Positions 49,687-59,847 are shown, counted from the first letter of the stretch. The stretch is DNA of 64,000 nt from Candidatus Woesebacteria bacterium (GCA_963716475.1 OY970314.1:918508-982507), one strand, 5' to 3'. Numbers and translations are program-made. Notes: generated by a model from the sequence alone, not told the origin.

Positions 49687-49764
49687 CACTTCGTTCGTTG
49701 TGTCATCAGGATTTGAAGTACATCGGGTATTTCATACTTTGCACACGAATCCCAGCTCCCCAGC
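49687..49764 (+). repeat. Second tRNA-Gln-like 3' end with an arm homologous to the Glu-site arm
   Basis: CACTTCGTTCGTT...TCGGGTA...CTTTGCACA-CGAATCCCAGCTCCCCAGC. Confidence 0.75.
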
Positions 49765-49817
49765 ATTAGGTTGCTGTTGGAGTATAATCTCTGAGCGAAA
49801 GGAAAGTTTATAAAAAT

Positions 49818-50081
49818 ATGCCAATTTCAATTGATGGCGATGGAATGTGGGTTGGTGACGGTCATGGTGGAATGAAGCTCGTTCAACCAACAGTAACCCA
49901 CATAGAACTTGAAGTTCCCGGCAGGGAACATATCGTTATTGATGATCCAAACGGAATAAATATAGAAAAAGATTCGGAAACTGGTATGCCGATTGTTCAC
50001 GCCGAATCAATAACTATTGCTTCTGAGGCAAAACCAAAAAACATTTGGCAACGATTGTTTAGGCATAAAGAAAGAGAATAG
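49818..50081 (+). CDS. Hypothetical protein (cassette)
   Basis: TATAAT box and AAGGA SD-like sequence upstream. Confidence 0.6.
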   Translation: MPISIDGDGMWVGDGHGGMKLVQPTVTHIELEVPGREHIVIDDPNGINIEKDSETGMPIVHAESITIASEAKPKNIWQRLFRHKERE

Positions 50082-50163
50082 TATTGTCATGGGATCGTAA
50101 GGTTCTAGACCGTGATGCTCAGCTCGAATGACTCGCTTTGTTACCTGTCTTTCAATAGACCTC

Positions 50164-51999
50164 TTAATGTAGAGAATAAAGGTAAACAGTCTTTCCGTCC
50201 GGAAGAAGGTATGTTTTTTCTATTTGGGCATAAGGGTGGATATTTAAATCCGGCGGCTTAATTACTTTAAAAGAACAACCCCATTCGCAGTAAATTTTAG
50301 CAGGTCCCGTGATTTGGTTCTCGTCTGTTATAGGACCCTGGTCATTTATTTGTATGTCACTTACCGTTTGCAGAATTTCACTGTCCTTGACATAACAAGT
50401 GGTTTTCTTGGGGGCCGGAGATGCTTGAAAGGCATTACAGGCAACCCTGGTATCATGCAAAACAAATTCTCTTAATTGGATTAAAGCCTCCTTATTTCGA
50501 AGAAATTCTGTACCGACGTCGATGGGAGACATCAGAATGTAATCGTCATACTGAAGATATTTTGCAATTGCCGCATCATTCGGGAAGGTGTCACTTTGAA
50601 AGCTGGACCTGAGAAAATATATATCGGGAGTATTAAGATAAATATTACTCATAAGCCCCCGGTATTGTCTGGCATATAAGTATAGCTGTAGGGTAGCGGG
50701 GCTAAGATGTTCGTCTTCAATTGCAACCTGTACACCGATATCTTTCCCATTGGAAAGGCTCTCCATGTCGTCCAAAACGGAACTAACTGACCAGTCGCTT
50801 TCGTCATACTTTTTGGCTAATCGGTCATTTAGGTCAACAACATCAGTGCGGCCAAAGCGATGCCAATCAATAGATATATATGTTCCCTCCAAGCTTAACG
50901 GCCTGATGGTCAATAACAAATAATAAACAACCGACATAAGAATTAAACAAAACGTGAGACCATTGGCCAGTAATTTGAATCTGGTGCCTATTTTTTCCAA
51001 AACCGAGGTGATCACTAAAGCAACAAAGGGGAGGTAGGCCATGGTGTAACGCGAATCTTTATTACTAATGAGGGAAAAAATAATATAATTGCCGATAATC
51101 ATGAGTAATATGAACCATTTTCTCGGATTTTTTTGAAATATGAAAAACGGGAGACTTATGAAAAAAGACATAGCAACCCAAAAATTAGCCTGGAAGTTGA
51201 AAAGTTGATAAAAATAGAGGCTGAGACTTTGAAAACTTAAAACATTTGATGGTTTGGCACCTGCTTCTCCTATTATGTTAATCCTTGATTGAAACAAAAG
51301 ACTTTGGAAATTGACAAGATACCATGGCAGAATAACTACCAGGAACAGCACGATCCCGATTGCAAGATTAATCCATATTTTCCCAAACTCTTTCTTTTCC
51401 AATATTAAAATAAACGTAAAAATGGCCGGAACGACCAGGAACAACATTCCCGTCCATTTGGTCATCATCAAGAGCCCTGAGCTAATAAAAAAGTAAGTTG
51501 TATATCCACGCCTTGTCCAATTTTCTGATTTTTCTAGGAAATATAAGGCTAGAAAAAGGACTCCTACGGTCGGGATATCAAGCATAAGCCATCTGGAAGC
51601 GTTGAAGACTACGGGGAAAAAGGAAAATATGGCAGTTGTGACAAAACTTGTTTTTTTATTTCCGGTGATAAGAAATATGTATCTGTAAATAAAAACCAGT
51701 GTTAAGAGAAAAATCAAAGTAGCGGTTATCTGGGTCAGTTTTGGCAGAGGTCCGAAGAGTAGAATGGGAATCGAAGCCAGGGTGTGAATAAAAATAGGAT
51801 AGTAATTTGAAGCTCCAAAAATACTTAAAAAGTGACCATTCCTGAGAGCATCGGCTATACGCAGAACTATAGTAGAATGGGCTGCCTGATCCCAGGGAAA
51901 GGGGGCATTATTCAGGTAAATCCAAATACTGTTCCAAAACAGATGAAACGATAAAAGCCCGGCCAGCCATTTATCCCAAGGGGATGTCTTTCTTAACAT
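50164..51999 (-). CDS. GT-C fold membrane glycosyltransferase (PMT/ArnT-like)
   Basis: WDQAAH, YYP, MTKW, PWY and KDSRY; many TM helices. Confidence 0.8.
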   Translation of the reverse strand: MLRKTSPWDKWLAGLLSFHLFWNSIWIYLNNAPFPWDQAAHSTIVLRIADALRNGHFLSIFGASNYYPIFIHTLASIPILLFGPLPKLTQITATLIFLLTLVFIYRYIFLITGNKKTSFVTTAIFSFFPVVFNASRWLMLDIPTVGVLFLALYFLEKSENWTRRGYTTYFFISSGLLMMTKWTGMLFLVVPAIFTFILILEKKEFGKIWINLAIGIVLFLVVILPWYLVNFQSLLFQSRINIIGEAGAKPSNVLSFQSLSLYFYQLFNFQANFWVAMSFFISLPFFIFQKNPRKWFILLMIIGNYIIFSLISNKDSRYTMAYLPFVALVITSVLEKIGTRFKLLANGLTFCLILMSVVYYLLLTIRPLSLEGTYISIDWHRFGRTDVVDLNDRLAKKYDESDWSVSSVLDDMESLSNGKDIGVQVAIEDEHLSPATLQLYLYARQYRGLMSNIYLNTPDIYFLRSSFQSDTFPNDAAIAKYLQYDDYILMSPIDVGTEFLRNKEALIQLREFVLHDTRVACNAFQASPAPKKTTCYVKDSEILQTVSDIQINDQGPITDENQITGPAKIYCEWGCSFKVIKPPDLNIHPYAQIEKTYLLPDGKTVYLYSLH

Positions 52000-52002
52000 A
52001 TC

Positions 52003-52602
52003 TCAAATCTTCCTGAGAAGGTTTTTTGAAAACCGCTTTACAAAATAGTTAACAGCTATGATAAGAAGGGTAAGGGCGAAAATTCCCAAAATAGTAAGAT
52101 TGACGTACTTGTTGTAATTGTTGATTGTGCTCCCAAGTAGATATCCGACCATGATAAATATCAAAGATTTGGGAACGGTGGCAAGAAAATTGTACCAGAT
52201 GAACTCAGGAAGGGGGATTTTAGCATGACCCGCGGCCATTAAGATTGGCACCCCGAATATATGGGACAGTTTTCCAAGAAACAGCACTTTGCCTTTATTT
52301 GTTCTTAAGTCTCCCTCCAGTTTGTCAATTATTTTTGGATTTACTTTAAAAAGGTTTGTCAATTTTGTTAGTGCTGACGTAAGCCACCATCTGCCGAGGG
52401 AGTAATAAAAGACATCTCCGGTAAGATCTGCCACAACGATGGTCAGAAATGTTGGAATCAGGCTGAAAACCCCGACTGATGACAAAAAACCGGCGATTAC
52501 GGTTACAACGGGACCTTCGAGAACGACCAGGGGAAAGAGAATAAAATCTCCGTAGGCGTTAAGCAGGATGAATATCTCCCGGATTACGTGGTTTGAGTGC
52601 AT
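52003..52602 (-). CDS. DedA/VTT-family membrane protein
   Basis: EGP, GDVFYYSLGR, AAG and F..YN. Confidence 0.88.
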   Translation of the reverse strand: MHSNHVIREIFILLNAYGDFILFPLVVLEGPVVTVIAGFLSSVGVFSLIPTFLTIVVADLTGDVFYYSLGRWWLTSALTKLTNLFKVNPKIIDKLEGDLRTNKGKVLFLGKLSHIFGVPILMAAGHAKIPLPEFIWYNFLATVPKSLIFIMVGYLLGSTINNYNKYVNLTILGIFALTLLIIAVNYFVKRFSKNLLRKI

Positions 52603-52657
52603 GGCCAGGTAAATTATATCAGCATTTAATGTATAATTTTTATAGAGCCATCCTCAA

Positions 52658-53809
52658 ATGAATATTCTCTTTGTAACCGAAACCTATCTTCCTTTTATTG
52701 CCGGAGTTTCTTCTTCTTCCGATTCTATTGCCCGCTACATGGTATCCCGGGGACACAGGGTCGTCCTGGTTAATCCCAGACCGGTAATTGATAAGAAAGT
52801 TGAAGTACCGCCCAATTTGGAGCTTATCTACACTCCTTCAATCCCGGACCTTTTTTATAGAGGTAAACCCCAGACAATTTTTCCCCTGGGGATGCCGGTA
52901 ATTAATAAAATTATCCGGGAAAATAAATTTGACGTTATCCATATTCAGGAACCCGGATCTTTGGGAGTAAGCGCCCTAATTCTTTCCAAGATTTATAGAA
53001 TTCCGACTGTAGGAATGCTTCATTTCACCCCTGAGCAGGTCGGAAGAATGCTTCCGGGTAAGCCAGAATTTTTGGCAAAACCGGTAATGGAGGCCTACAT
53101 TAAATTTATTTACAATAAATACACAGCAATAGCCGTTCCGACGCAGACATTTGTGGACTTTCTTAAGTCTGTCGGGGTGACTAAACCCATTGAGGTAGTT
53201 TCAAACGGAGTAGATACAAACATATTTCACCGGGGAGTTATGAATATGAAGCTTCGGGAGGAGTATGGTATTTCCGAAAATGATGTGGTATTTTTCTTCC
53301 TGGGACGTCTCGATGGCGATAAAAACGCTGCTACCTTGGTCAAAGCCATGCCATTTGCAGACAGTAATGTCAAACTGGTGATCGTGGGGAACGGGAAACT
53401 TAAAGTAAGTCTGCACAAGCTTGCCGAAGATTTAGGGGTGTCGGGGAAAATCATTTGGCTGGAACACATAACCGATGCCGAGATGCCGAATTTTTACCAC
53501 TTGGCGGATGTATTTACGATAGTTTCACCCTATGAAGTCCAGAGCATAGTTACTTTGCAGGCAATAGCTTCCGGCCTACCCGTAATCTGTGCGGATAGAG
53601 GAGCCCTTCCCGAGCTTTGTCATGATAGAGCCAACGGATTTCTGGTTGATGCTTATGATGCAAAAACTCTTGCCGGCAGAATGAATATTCTGGCAAAAGA
53701 TAAAAATTTGAGAGCGAAGTTTGGGGAAGAGAGTAGAAAAATAAGCTTGGCACACCACAAACCGGACGTTCTGCATAAACTGGAGCTTTTATACGAAAAA
53801 GTGAAGTAA
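52658..53809 (+). CDS. Glycosyltransferase family 4
   Basis: TETYLP..AGV, NGVD, GRLDGDK and EVQSIVTLQAIASGLPV. Confidence 0.9.
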   Translation: MNILFVTETYLPFIAGVSSSSDSIARYMVSRGHRVVLVNPRPVIDKKVEVPPNLELIYTPSIPDLFYRGKPQTIFPLGMPVINKIIRENKFDVIHIQEPGSLGVSALILSKIYRIPTVGMLHFTPEQVGRMLPGKPEFLAKPVMEAYIKFIYNKYTAIAVPTQTFVDFLKSVGVTKPIEVVSNGVDTNIFHRGVMNMKLREEYGISENDVVFFFLGRLDGDKNAATLVKAMPFADSNVKLVIVGNGKLKVSLHKLAEDLGVSGKIIWLEHITDAEMPNFYHLADVFTIVSPYEVQSIVTLQAIASGLPVICADRGALPELCHDRANGFLVDAYDAKTLAGRMNILAKDKNLRAKFGEESRKISLAHHKPDVLHKLELLYEKVK

Positions 53810-53849
53810 AGTCTTGCGTTTTGAGTGGAAATGGTGTAACAATATCATC

Positions 53850-54290
53850 ATGCCAAAAAGGGTAACAAGCTTAATTGTCGGGGGTGTGGCCGTAGTTGCA
53901 GTTTTGATTTTGGTTTACTTTTTTGTTACCAAAGGCTATTCGGGAAGGGGAATTAATCTGAATCCGACTGCACAGAATCCGACCTCCGGCGGTGCCTCGG
54001 AAATTGTAAATCAGGAAACGGGAGCCGTTACGTCCAATAATATTTCCTTAACAATAACTTCTCCTGTGAATGGTGGCACACTTGCTTCGACGGACGCGAC
54101 GGTGAAAGGCAAAACCGCCCCCGGCGCTGACGTATTTGTTAATGACCAGTCGGGGAAAGCCGATGCAAACGGCAATTTTTCGATCAGCCTCGGGCTTGAT
54201 GAGGGAATCAATCAAATCGTGGTTTCGGCAAACGACGCGGATGGCAATGCAGCTCAGCAAAATCTCAGCGTTACGGTAGTATCGTTCTAG
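53850..54290 (+). CDS. Membrane-anchored Ig-like domain protein
   Basis: N-terminal TM helix; LTITSP..VKGKT..LDEGINQIVVSANDADGN. Confidence 0.7.
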   Translation: MPKRVTSLIVGGVAVVAVLILVYFFVTKGYSGRGINLNPTAQNPTSGGASEIVNQETGAVTSNNISLTITSPVNGGTLASTDATVKGKTAPGADVFVNDQSGKADANGNFSISLGLDEGINQIVVSANDADGNAAQQNLSVTVVSF

Positions 54291-54294
54291 TCAA

Positions 54295-54993
54295 ATGAAA
54301 AACAGTAAATTCATAAACTTATTTGTGGCGGGACTATTCATCATGCCGGTAGTCAGCTTGCAAAGGAATATAAATCCGAACTTGATAATAGCAAGTCCGA
54401 TACCGACAGCTACTCCATCGATTAAACTAATTAATCCCGGCCTTATCAAGAAAATTGTCCCGGTTGAACTTATATTTACCAACAAGCGCGGCCAGCTGGA
54501 GAATGTCAAAGTAACCGCTAAAGACGCCACAAGCATTACGGTTGATAACGGGGGAACGAGTGTAAAAGTTGACATTAATACAAACACTCATTTTAGAAGG
54601 AGGTTCTGGGGTAAAAGCACCCTGGCCGAGATCTCGATCGGGGACAGCGTCGATGTGGTCGGAAGGTGGACCAACGAAGCTAAAACTGAGATAAATGCAG
54701 TGGTAATCAGAGATCTTTCGATTCAGAAAAGATTTGGAGTATTTTTTGGCACAGTTAAGACGATTACAGATACGGGGTTTGTGATGACAACAATTCAAAG
54801 GGGAGAGGAAACCGTTGCTCTCGGATCTGCTAAGCTTATCAGCAGAAAGGAACAGACAATTACGGCATCCGACATTCAGATCGGGCACCGCATAAGGGTA
54901 AGAGGGCTTTGGGATAGCACAAACTTTACAGTAACCGAGGTTACGGAAGTTAAAGATTTCAGCATTCCCGTGATGCCTACGGCAACCCCATAA
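54295..54993 (+). CDS. Secreted DUF5666-like tandem OB-fold protein
   Basis: Signal peptide; two repeats ending IGD.V.V.G and IGHRIRVRG. Confidence 0.65.
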   Translation: MKNSKFINLFVAGLFIMPVVSLQRNINPNLIIASPIPTATPSIKLINPGLIKKIVPVELIFTNKRGQLENVKVTAKDATSITVDNGGTSVKVDINTNTHFRRRFWGKSTLAEISIGDSVDVVGRWTNEAKTEINAVVIRDLSIQKRFGVFFGTVKTITDTGFVMTTIQRGEETVALGSAKLISRKEQTITASDIQIGHRIRVRGLWDSTNFTVTEVTEVKDFSIPVMPTATP

Positions 54994-54996
54994 GAC

Positions 54997-55229
54997 TACT
55001 TCTCAGTTGCACAAGAAGCCTACTCAATACTTCTTTGCTTGTCCAAAGATAGCTTGTCTATTTCTTGCTTGTCCAAGAAATAGACGAAAGAAGGACCCGC
55101 CGAAAGAATTTGATAGCAACCCGCTTCGTTCATACCATGCAAAAGAACTCCCGGCGTATACACTTGGTCGGACTACTTTTGCATTCAGAGGAATTCACTC
55201 AGCTTGCTGAAATCAAATTCTTTAAGGCG
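54997..55229 (+). repeat. Dispersed structured element, copy C (family 1)
   Basis: Near-identical core 55054-55229; two truncated hairpin copies upstream. Confidence 0.9.
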
Positions 55230-55257
55230 TTTGGGGAAACAGGATACAATGTTGATT

Positions 55258-56031
55258 CTAAACGTTGGAGGCTGTTTTAATAGCCCGAATAGCCACGAAG
55301 AGAGGAATTTCGGAACGGGACCTGTTTTCCATTCTGGCGGCCCGGCCTTCAGACTCCTTATCGCTTGTCCATTCCTCGATTAGATCTATGGAAAACCCCG
55401 CATCCTTTAACATTTTGGAGTAAGCGGAAAGGGGGTGGTGATAACTCATGGTGATGGGGGAGTTCCTGTCGCTTGGATTCATGTTTATAGGAATTTGCAT
55501 GGGACTCATATATTTATCGACTCTTCTATATTGGATTTTCCTTCCCTCATCAATTCCCCAGGAGGATTGACGAGGAATTCTGAAGGCCGGATGATTTAAA
55601 ACTATCACCAGAGTACCCCCTTTTGTGAGATGTTGCGATACATTATGTATTACATTGATAGGATCTTGTATATTCTGGAGGGCGAGAATAATCGCCGAAT
55701 GGCTAAAGTCTGACGGAACATCCAGGTGTTTGGTAATATCTGCAATTAAATACTTATGACTCCGGTTTCTGTCGGTACTTTTTGCTTCATTGATAAGAGA
55801 CGGGGCACTATCGATTCCCAAATAACCAACGTTATCGGGAATTGCTTTTGCCAGGACTCCATTGCCGCAGGCAAGATCCAAAAGAGTTGAATCCAGAGAC
55901 AGAGACAGCAGATTTAAAACTCCCGGAATGACTACATGCTGGTGGTAATAGTGGCCCTGCCCGCGCTCTGTAATCCGATTGTACCAGGGGGCCACTTTTT
56001 GCCAGGAATTGCCTCTGAATTTTTGTTTCAT
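55258..56031 (-). CDS. Class I SAM-dependent methyltransferase
   Basis: LLDLACGNG, GID and NHPAF. Confidence 0.88.
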   Translation of the reverse strand: MKQKFRGNSWQKVAPWYNRITERGQGHYYHQHVVIPGVLNLLSLSLDSTLLDLACGNGVLAKAIPDNVGYLGIDSAPSLINEAKSTDRNRSHKYLIADITKHLDVPSDFSHSAIILALQNIQDPINVIHNVSQHLTKGGTLVIVLNHPAFRIPRQSSWGIDEGRKIQYRRVDKYMSPMQIPINMNPSDRNSPITMSYHHPLSAYSKMLKDAGFSIDLIEEWTSDKESEGRAARMENRSRSEIPLFVAIRAIKTASNV

Positions 56032-56059
56032 ACGCCTATTATATATGAAAAGTAGGTTA

Positions 56060-56285
56060 TTCCTTTCCAAAACTTGATTTCAGTACTTCTTTTCTCACCT
56101 AAAGAATGCCAGTCTATTTCTTGCTTGCCCAAGAAATAGATGAAAGAAGGGCCCGCCGAAAGAATTTGATGGCAACTCGTTTCGTTCATATCATGCAAAA
56201 GAACTCCCGGCGTATACACTTGGTCGGACTGCTTTTGCTTCCAGTGGAATTCACTTAACTCATTGAAATCAAATTCTTTAAGGCG
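56060..56285 (+). repeat. Dispersed structured element, copy D (family 1)
   Basis: Near-identical core 56112-56285. Confidence 0.9.
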
Positions 56286-56353
56286 ATTTAGGGACAAACG
56301 AGGATAAAAATTATGACGGTTTAAGTGGGGTAGAATCGTAATATAATAGTTTT

Positions 56354-58180
56354 GTGAAGAGAGTCGCATTATTCATTTTCTTAGCTGCAATTACTTTTTT
56401 GTTTCCGTCCACAATTTCGGCGAAGGATTATTCGATAAAATCAGCAGATATTACTGCTGAAATTACAACCACAGGCTCGGCTAATGTGACGGAAACCAGA
56501 GTCTACGATTTTTCCGGCAGCTACTCATGGGCAGATGAAAATATAAATCTTGCTCCGAACTATAAAATTTTCAATGTAACCTTAAGCGGGGGAGGAGAGA
56601 AGTATCTTGAAACAAGTTCCGGAACTCCGGGGACATTTCAAATGAACAATGACGGTAGCAACCTTTACATTAAATGGTTTTATACGGCGCTTGATTCCGA
56701 AAAAACTTTTACGCTTTCCTACACCGTTCAAAATGCCCTTACAAATCAAAAAGATATTTCAGAGTTCTATTGGCAGCTAATTGGAGATCAGTGGGCCAAG
56801 GGGGTAGGAAGGGTCACGGCAAGGGTAATTTTGCCTTACCCGGCTCCCAATAATCAGATTTGGGCTTTTGGGCACGGTCCATTAAACGGAAAAGTTAATA
56901 TAGTAAGCAATACTGAGGCAGATTTTAGTGCAGCAAATCTTTCGGCAAACACCTTTTTTGAAGTCAGAGTACTTTTTCCGACAAATCCGTCCTTTATTAA
57001 CGCTCAGACGGGGAATAAAACTCTGGCCTCGATTTTAAACGAAGAAAAAGCATTTGGGGTCAAAACCAAGACACAGAGTCTGGCTTTACTTATTGGGGTT
57101 ATTCTAATCGCGCTCCTGGTTATTTGGCGGATGATTGTTTGGGTTATTCGCTGGTACAAAATTGGGCGTGACGAACCCTTACCTGAGGTTAATTTAGCAG
57201 GAACTCTCCATGAACCCCCGGGTGATTTGGCGTCGGCATTGGTCGAAACGATGTTAAAAGGAAGCCCAACCGGAAAATCAATAGTTGCAACAATATTGGA
57301 GTTGACCAGGCGTAAAATTCTGGCAATTGAGTTTGTAAAAGGAGGAAAAAAGACTTTCTTTGGCTCCCGTGATCAGTACCTTCTTGTTTTGAAAAGTACA
57401 GATTATAAAAAAGCAACCTCGGAAATGGAAAGTGACTTGATTGACTTCCTTTTTACAAGTAGTTCAATAACAATAACAAAAACCGATCTCAAAATAGACT
57501 TTGAAGACATAAAAGACTTTGCCAAAAACAGGCCAACTTCAACCAATTCTTTTTGGCTAAAGTGGAAAGAGGATGCAAGCGACGGTCTTGAAAGTTTGGG
57601 TTTTTATGAACAGGAAAGTTTGGATATACAAAAGAAAGCTACCGCCGAGATGTATGTACCTATGTTTATAGTTGTATTTTCTATTGTCTTCTTTGCAAAA
57701 TTGACGGCACTAAATATAGGACTTCTTGGATTTATCATTTTGGGGATAGTGTTTCTGTATACCATATTTATGGTAGTTATTTGTTCAGCAATGCCCAAAA
57801 AGAGCAAATGGGGAGGAGAGGAAGTGGCTGAATGGCTGGCCTTTAAGAAGTGGCTTGAGGAGTATTCGGTTACCAAAAATTACCCGATCGATTCCGTAAT
57901 CCTTTGGGAAAAATATCTGGTGTACGGAGCAGTACTTGGGATTTCGGTTAAAGCACTGAGCCAACTTCCCGTTAACTTTTCCGAAGTGGTGCAGCAAAGC
58001 TCCGGAGTATATGCAGCATTTTATCTGGGGGGAAGTGGAGGTTTCGGAAATTTTGAGTCGTCATTCTCCGCGCTTTCTTCATCTTTTGGAAGCTACGGAG
58101 CGGCAGGTGTAGGAGGAAGTGGAGGATTTTCCGGCGGAGGCGGAGGAGGCGGTGGGGGCGGTGGGGGCGGAGCCGGTTAG
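56354..58180 (+). CDS. DUF2207-family membrane protein
   Basis: Signal peptide, EFYWQLIG, WEKYLVY and Gly-rich C-terminus. Confidence 0.88.
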   Translation: MKRVALFIFLAAITFLFPSTISAKDYSIKSADITAEITTTGSANVTETRVYDFSGSYSWADENINLAPNYKIFNVTLSGGGEKYLETSSGTPGTFQMNNDGSNLYIKWFYTALDSEKTFTLSYTVQNALTNQKDISEFYWQLIGDQWAKGVGRVTARVILPYPAPNNQIWAFGHGPLNGKVNIVSNTEADFSAANLSANTFFEVRVLFPTNPSFINAQTGNKTLASILNEEKAFGVKTKTQSLALLIGVILIALLVIWRMIVWVIRWYKIGRDEPLPEVNLAGTLHEPPGDLASALVETMLKGSPTGKSIVATILELTRRKILAIEFVKGGKKTFFGSRDQYLLVLKSTDYKKATSEMESDLIDFLFTSSSITITKTDLKIDFEDIKDFAKNRPTSTNSFWLKWKEDASDGLESLGFYEQESLDIQKKATAEMYVPMFIVVFSIVFFAKLTALNIGLLGFIILGIVFLYTIFMVVICSAMPKKSKWGGEEVAEWLAFKKWLEEYSVTKNYPIDSVILWEKYLVYGAVLGISVKALSQLPVNFSEVVQQSSGVYAAFYLGGSGGFGNFESSFSALSSSFGSYGAAGVGGSGGFSGGGGGGGGGGGGGAG

Positions 58181-58191
58181 ATTAAATTAAA

Positions 58192-58584
58192 ATGGACGCA
58201 ACAGAAGAACAAAAAGAGACAGCAATTCGGGATTCCCAGATCGAAAACATGTATAGTAGTTGGCTCAAACATTACCATACAGAGGGTTTGAACGGCATTG
58301 AAGCCAAAAGACAGGCACTTGAGCAAACTCTACACAAAGGAAATTTAATGGAAATGAAGGAGTGGGATGAGGATATTACTCCCGGGCAAATTGCTGACTT
58401 TATTCTTAAAACCGCTCCCGAGGAGGTTGATTGGTGGCTTCATAGACGGAATGACAGCTTAAGAAAATTTCTTGAGCAAAACGAGTCCGATCCGGGTTTT
58501 AGGCGAGTTTCCAGTGTAAAAAGAGAGCTTGAGGAGAAAAACAAAAATAAACCATCGGTTGAAGCTGATTTGCATCAGTCTTAG
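58192..58584 (+). CDS. Hypothetical protein
   Basis: ORF only. Confidence 0.6.
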   Translation: MDATEEQKETAIRDSQIENMYSSWLKHYHTEGLNGIEAKRQALEQTLHKGNLMEMKEWDEDITPGQIADFILKTAPEEVDWWLHRRNDSLRKFLEQNESDPGFRRVSSVKRELEEKNKNKPSVEADLHQS

Positions 58585-58587
58585 GAA

Positions 58588-58806
58588 TTAGCCTTGATTC
58601 TCAGGGCTTTCTTCCTCCTTTTTCTCCGCCGGCTGAGTTTGAGCTTTCTTGAATTTGTCCGGATCAACCTCATTGCCCTTAATAAACGGTATTATGATGG
58701 CCGGCTCTTTGGATCGGCCATAGCCTCCTGTATGAGGGATTTCCGGGAGCCTGGCTAATAGCTTTGTCGAATCCGTGCTCCACTCGTCCTTGTTCTCAAG
58801 CGTCAT
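58588..58806 (-). CDS. Hypothetical protein
   Basis: Strong SD (GGAGGTGA) upstream on the minus strand. Confidence 0.6.
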   Translation of the reverse strand: MTLENKDEWSTDSTKLLARLPEIPHTGGYGRSKEPAIIIPFIKGNEVDPDKFKKAQTQPAEKKEEESPENQG

Positions 58807-58998
58807 ATTTTTTTCACCTCCTTTCCAAAAAATGAAAAAAGGAGCCTCCCGGCTCCTGGTGAAGTAGTTAAGAGAAACTCAAGACTTGTAGTCAAGTTCC
58901 CCATGCCTTTCTTTGGGTAGGCACCCCTCATTATACTCTGAAACTGCAAATCTTGGGGTTTTTTGAAATGGTAAAACATAGTATATTCGTAGTTATAG

Positions 58999-59181
58999 AT
59001 GGGCTGTGAGATTCTCGATATGGCCAGAGTAGCTAAAAAGAACCGGAGACTCGCTTGTCCTAAAGTGTGCGGAGCGGAAGCGGACTGTCCGTTTATTGAT
59101 GATGACCAAGTTTTTCCTCCGACCGATATACCTCCGATAAGTACGAATAAATTTGTTTTGAAGAATATCCAAGAGGATTAG
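58999..59181 (+). CDS. Small Cys-containing hypothetical protein
   Basis: ORF with four Cys. Confidence 0.4.
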   Translation: MGCEILDMARVAKKNRRLACPKVCGAEADCPFIDDDQVFPPTDIPPISTNKFVLKNIQED

Positions 59182-59250
59182 CTAGTCATTGAGAATAAAA
59201 GTATTGAATTTGGGGGTTGAACTACCAAAAATATGGAACTAGGATAAGAC

Positions 59251-59550
59251 GTGGTTGAAGCGGATTTATCAACAAAAGAAAAATCTCTTCCTGGAGAAGA
59301 GTCTCCATTAGCAGAAAAAAAGCCACAGGACGTAGACCATCGGCTGGAATTTAGGACAACAGATTCTTTTGGGGCTGACTGCCGGGAGCTTTCCCAAAAA
59401 CTGGGGTGTACATTGGAGACTCTTGTCGGTGATATATTAAGTGCAGGTTACAAATCGATTAAAGTCCTATCTAACGGAAATAAGCAAGCCGCTGTTTCGA
59501 TAAAAGATCATAAGATAGTTGTTGAAGGTCTCAAGAATAGTCGGGATTAG
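59251..59550 (+). CDS. Hypothetical protein
   Basis: ORF only. Confidence 0.5.
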   Translation: MVEADLSTKEKSLPGEESPLAEKKPQDVDHRLEFRTTDSFGADCRELSQKLGCTLETLVGDILSAGYKSIKVLSNGNKQAAVSIKDHKIVVEGLKNSRD

Positions 59551-59584
59551 GTTAGGATAAGTATGATAAAATAGCCTCATTCTT

Positions 59585-59836
59585 ATGGGTAGTGAAAGGG
59601 ACGAAGAACTCAAGTTCGTATTCGATGAGCTATATACTTTGGGTGACTATATTCGGAGGTTTCAGCAATTTAAGGAACTGAGAAAAGATAACCCCGAATT
59701 TGTAAGACAGATGGATGAGGTGATTGAAGAAGCGAGAAAATTTCCTCCCGGAACAATGGTGGGTTTCATCAAAAAGCCTGATGGTGAAATTATCCCCAGG
59801 TTTGCAATTCCATCCAAGCCGGGGCCTGTTTTGTAA
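59585..59836 (+). CDS. Hypothetical protein
   Basis: TAAAAT box upstream. Confidence 0.55.
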   Translation: MGSERDEELKFVFDELYTLGDYIRRFQQFKELRKDNPEFVRQMDEVIEEARKFPPGTMVGFIKKPDGEIIPRFAIPSKPGPVL

Positions 59837-59847
59837 AAATAAACACC

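Noticed and set aside
58130-58177. GGN-rich tandem repeat
   Set aside because: It is the ordinary Gly-rich tail of DUF2207 proteins.
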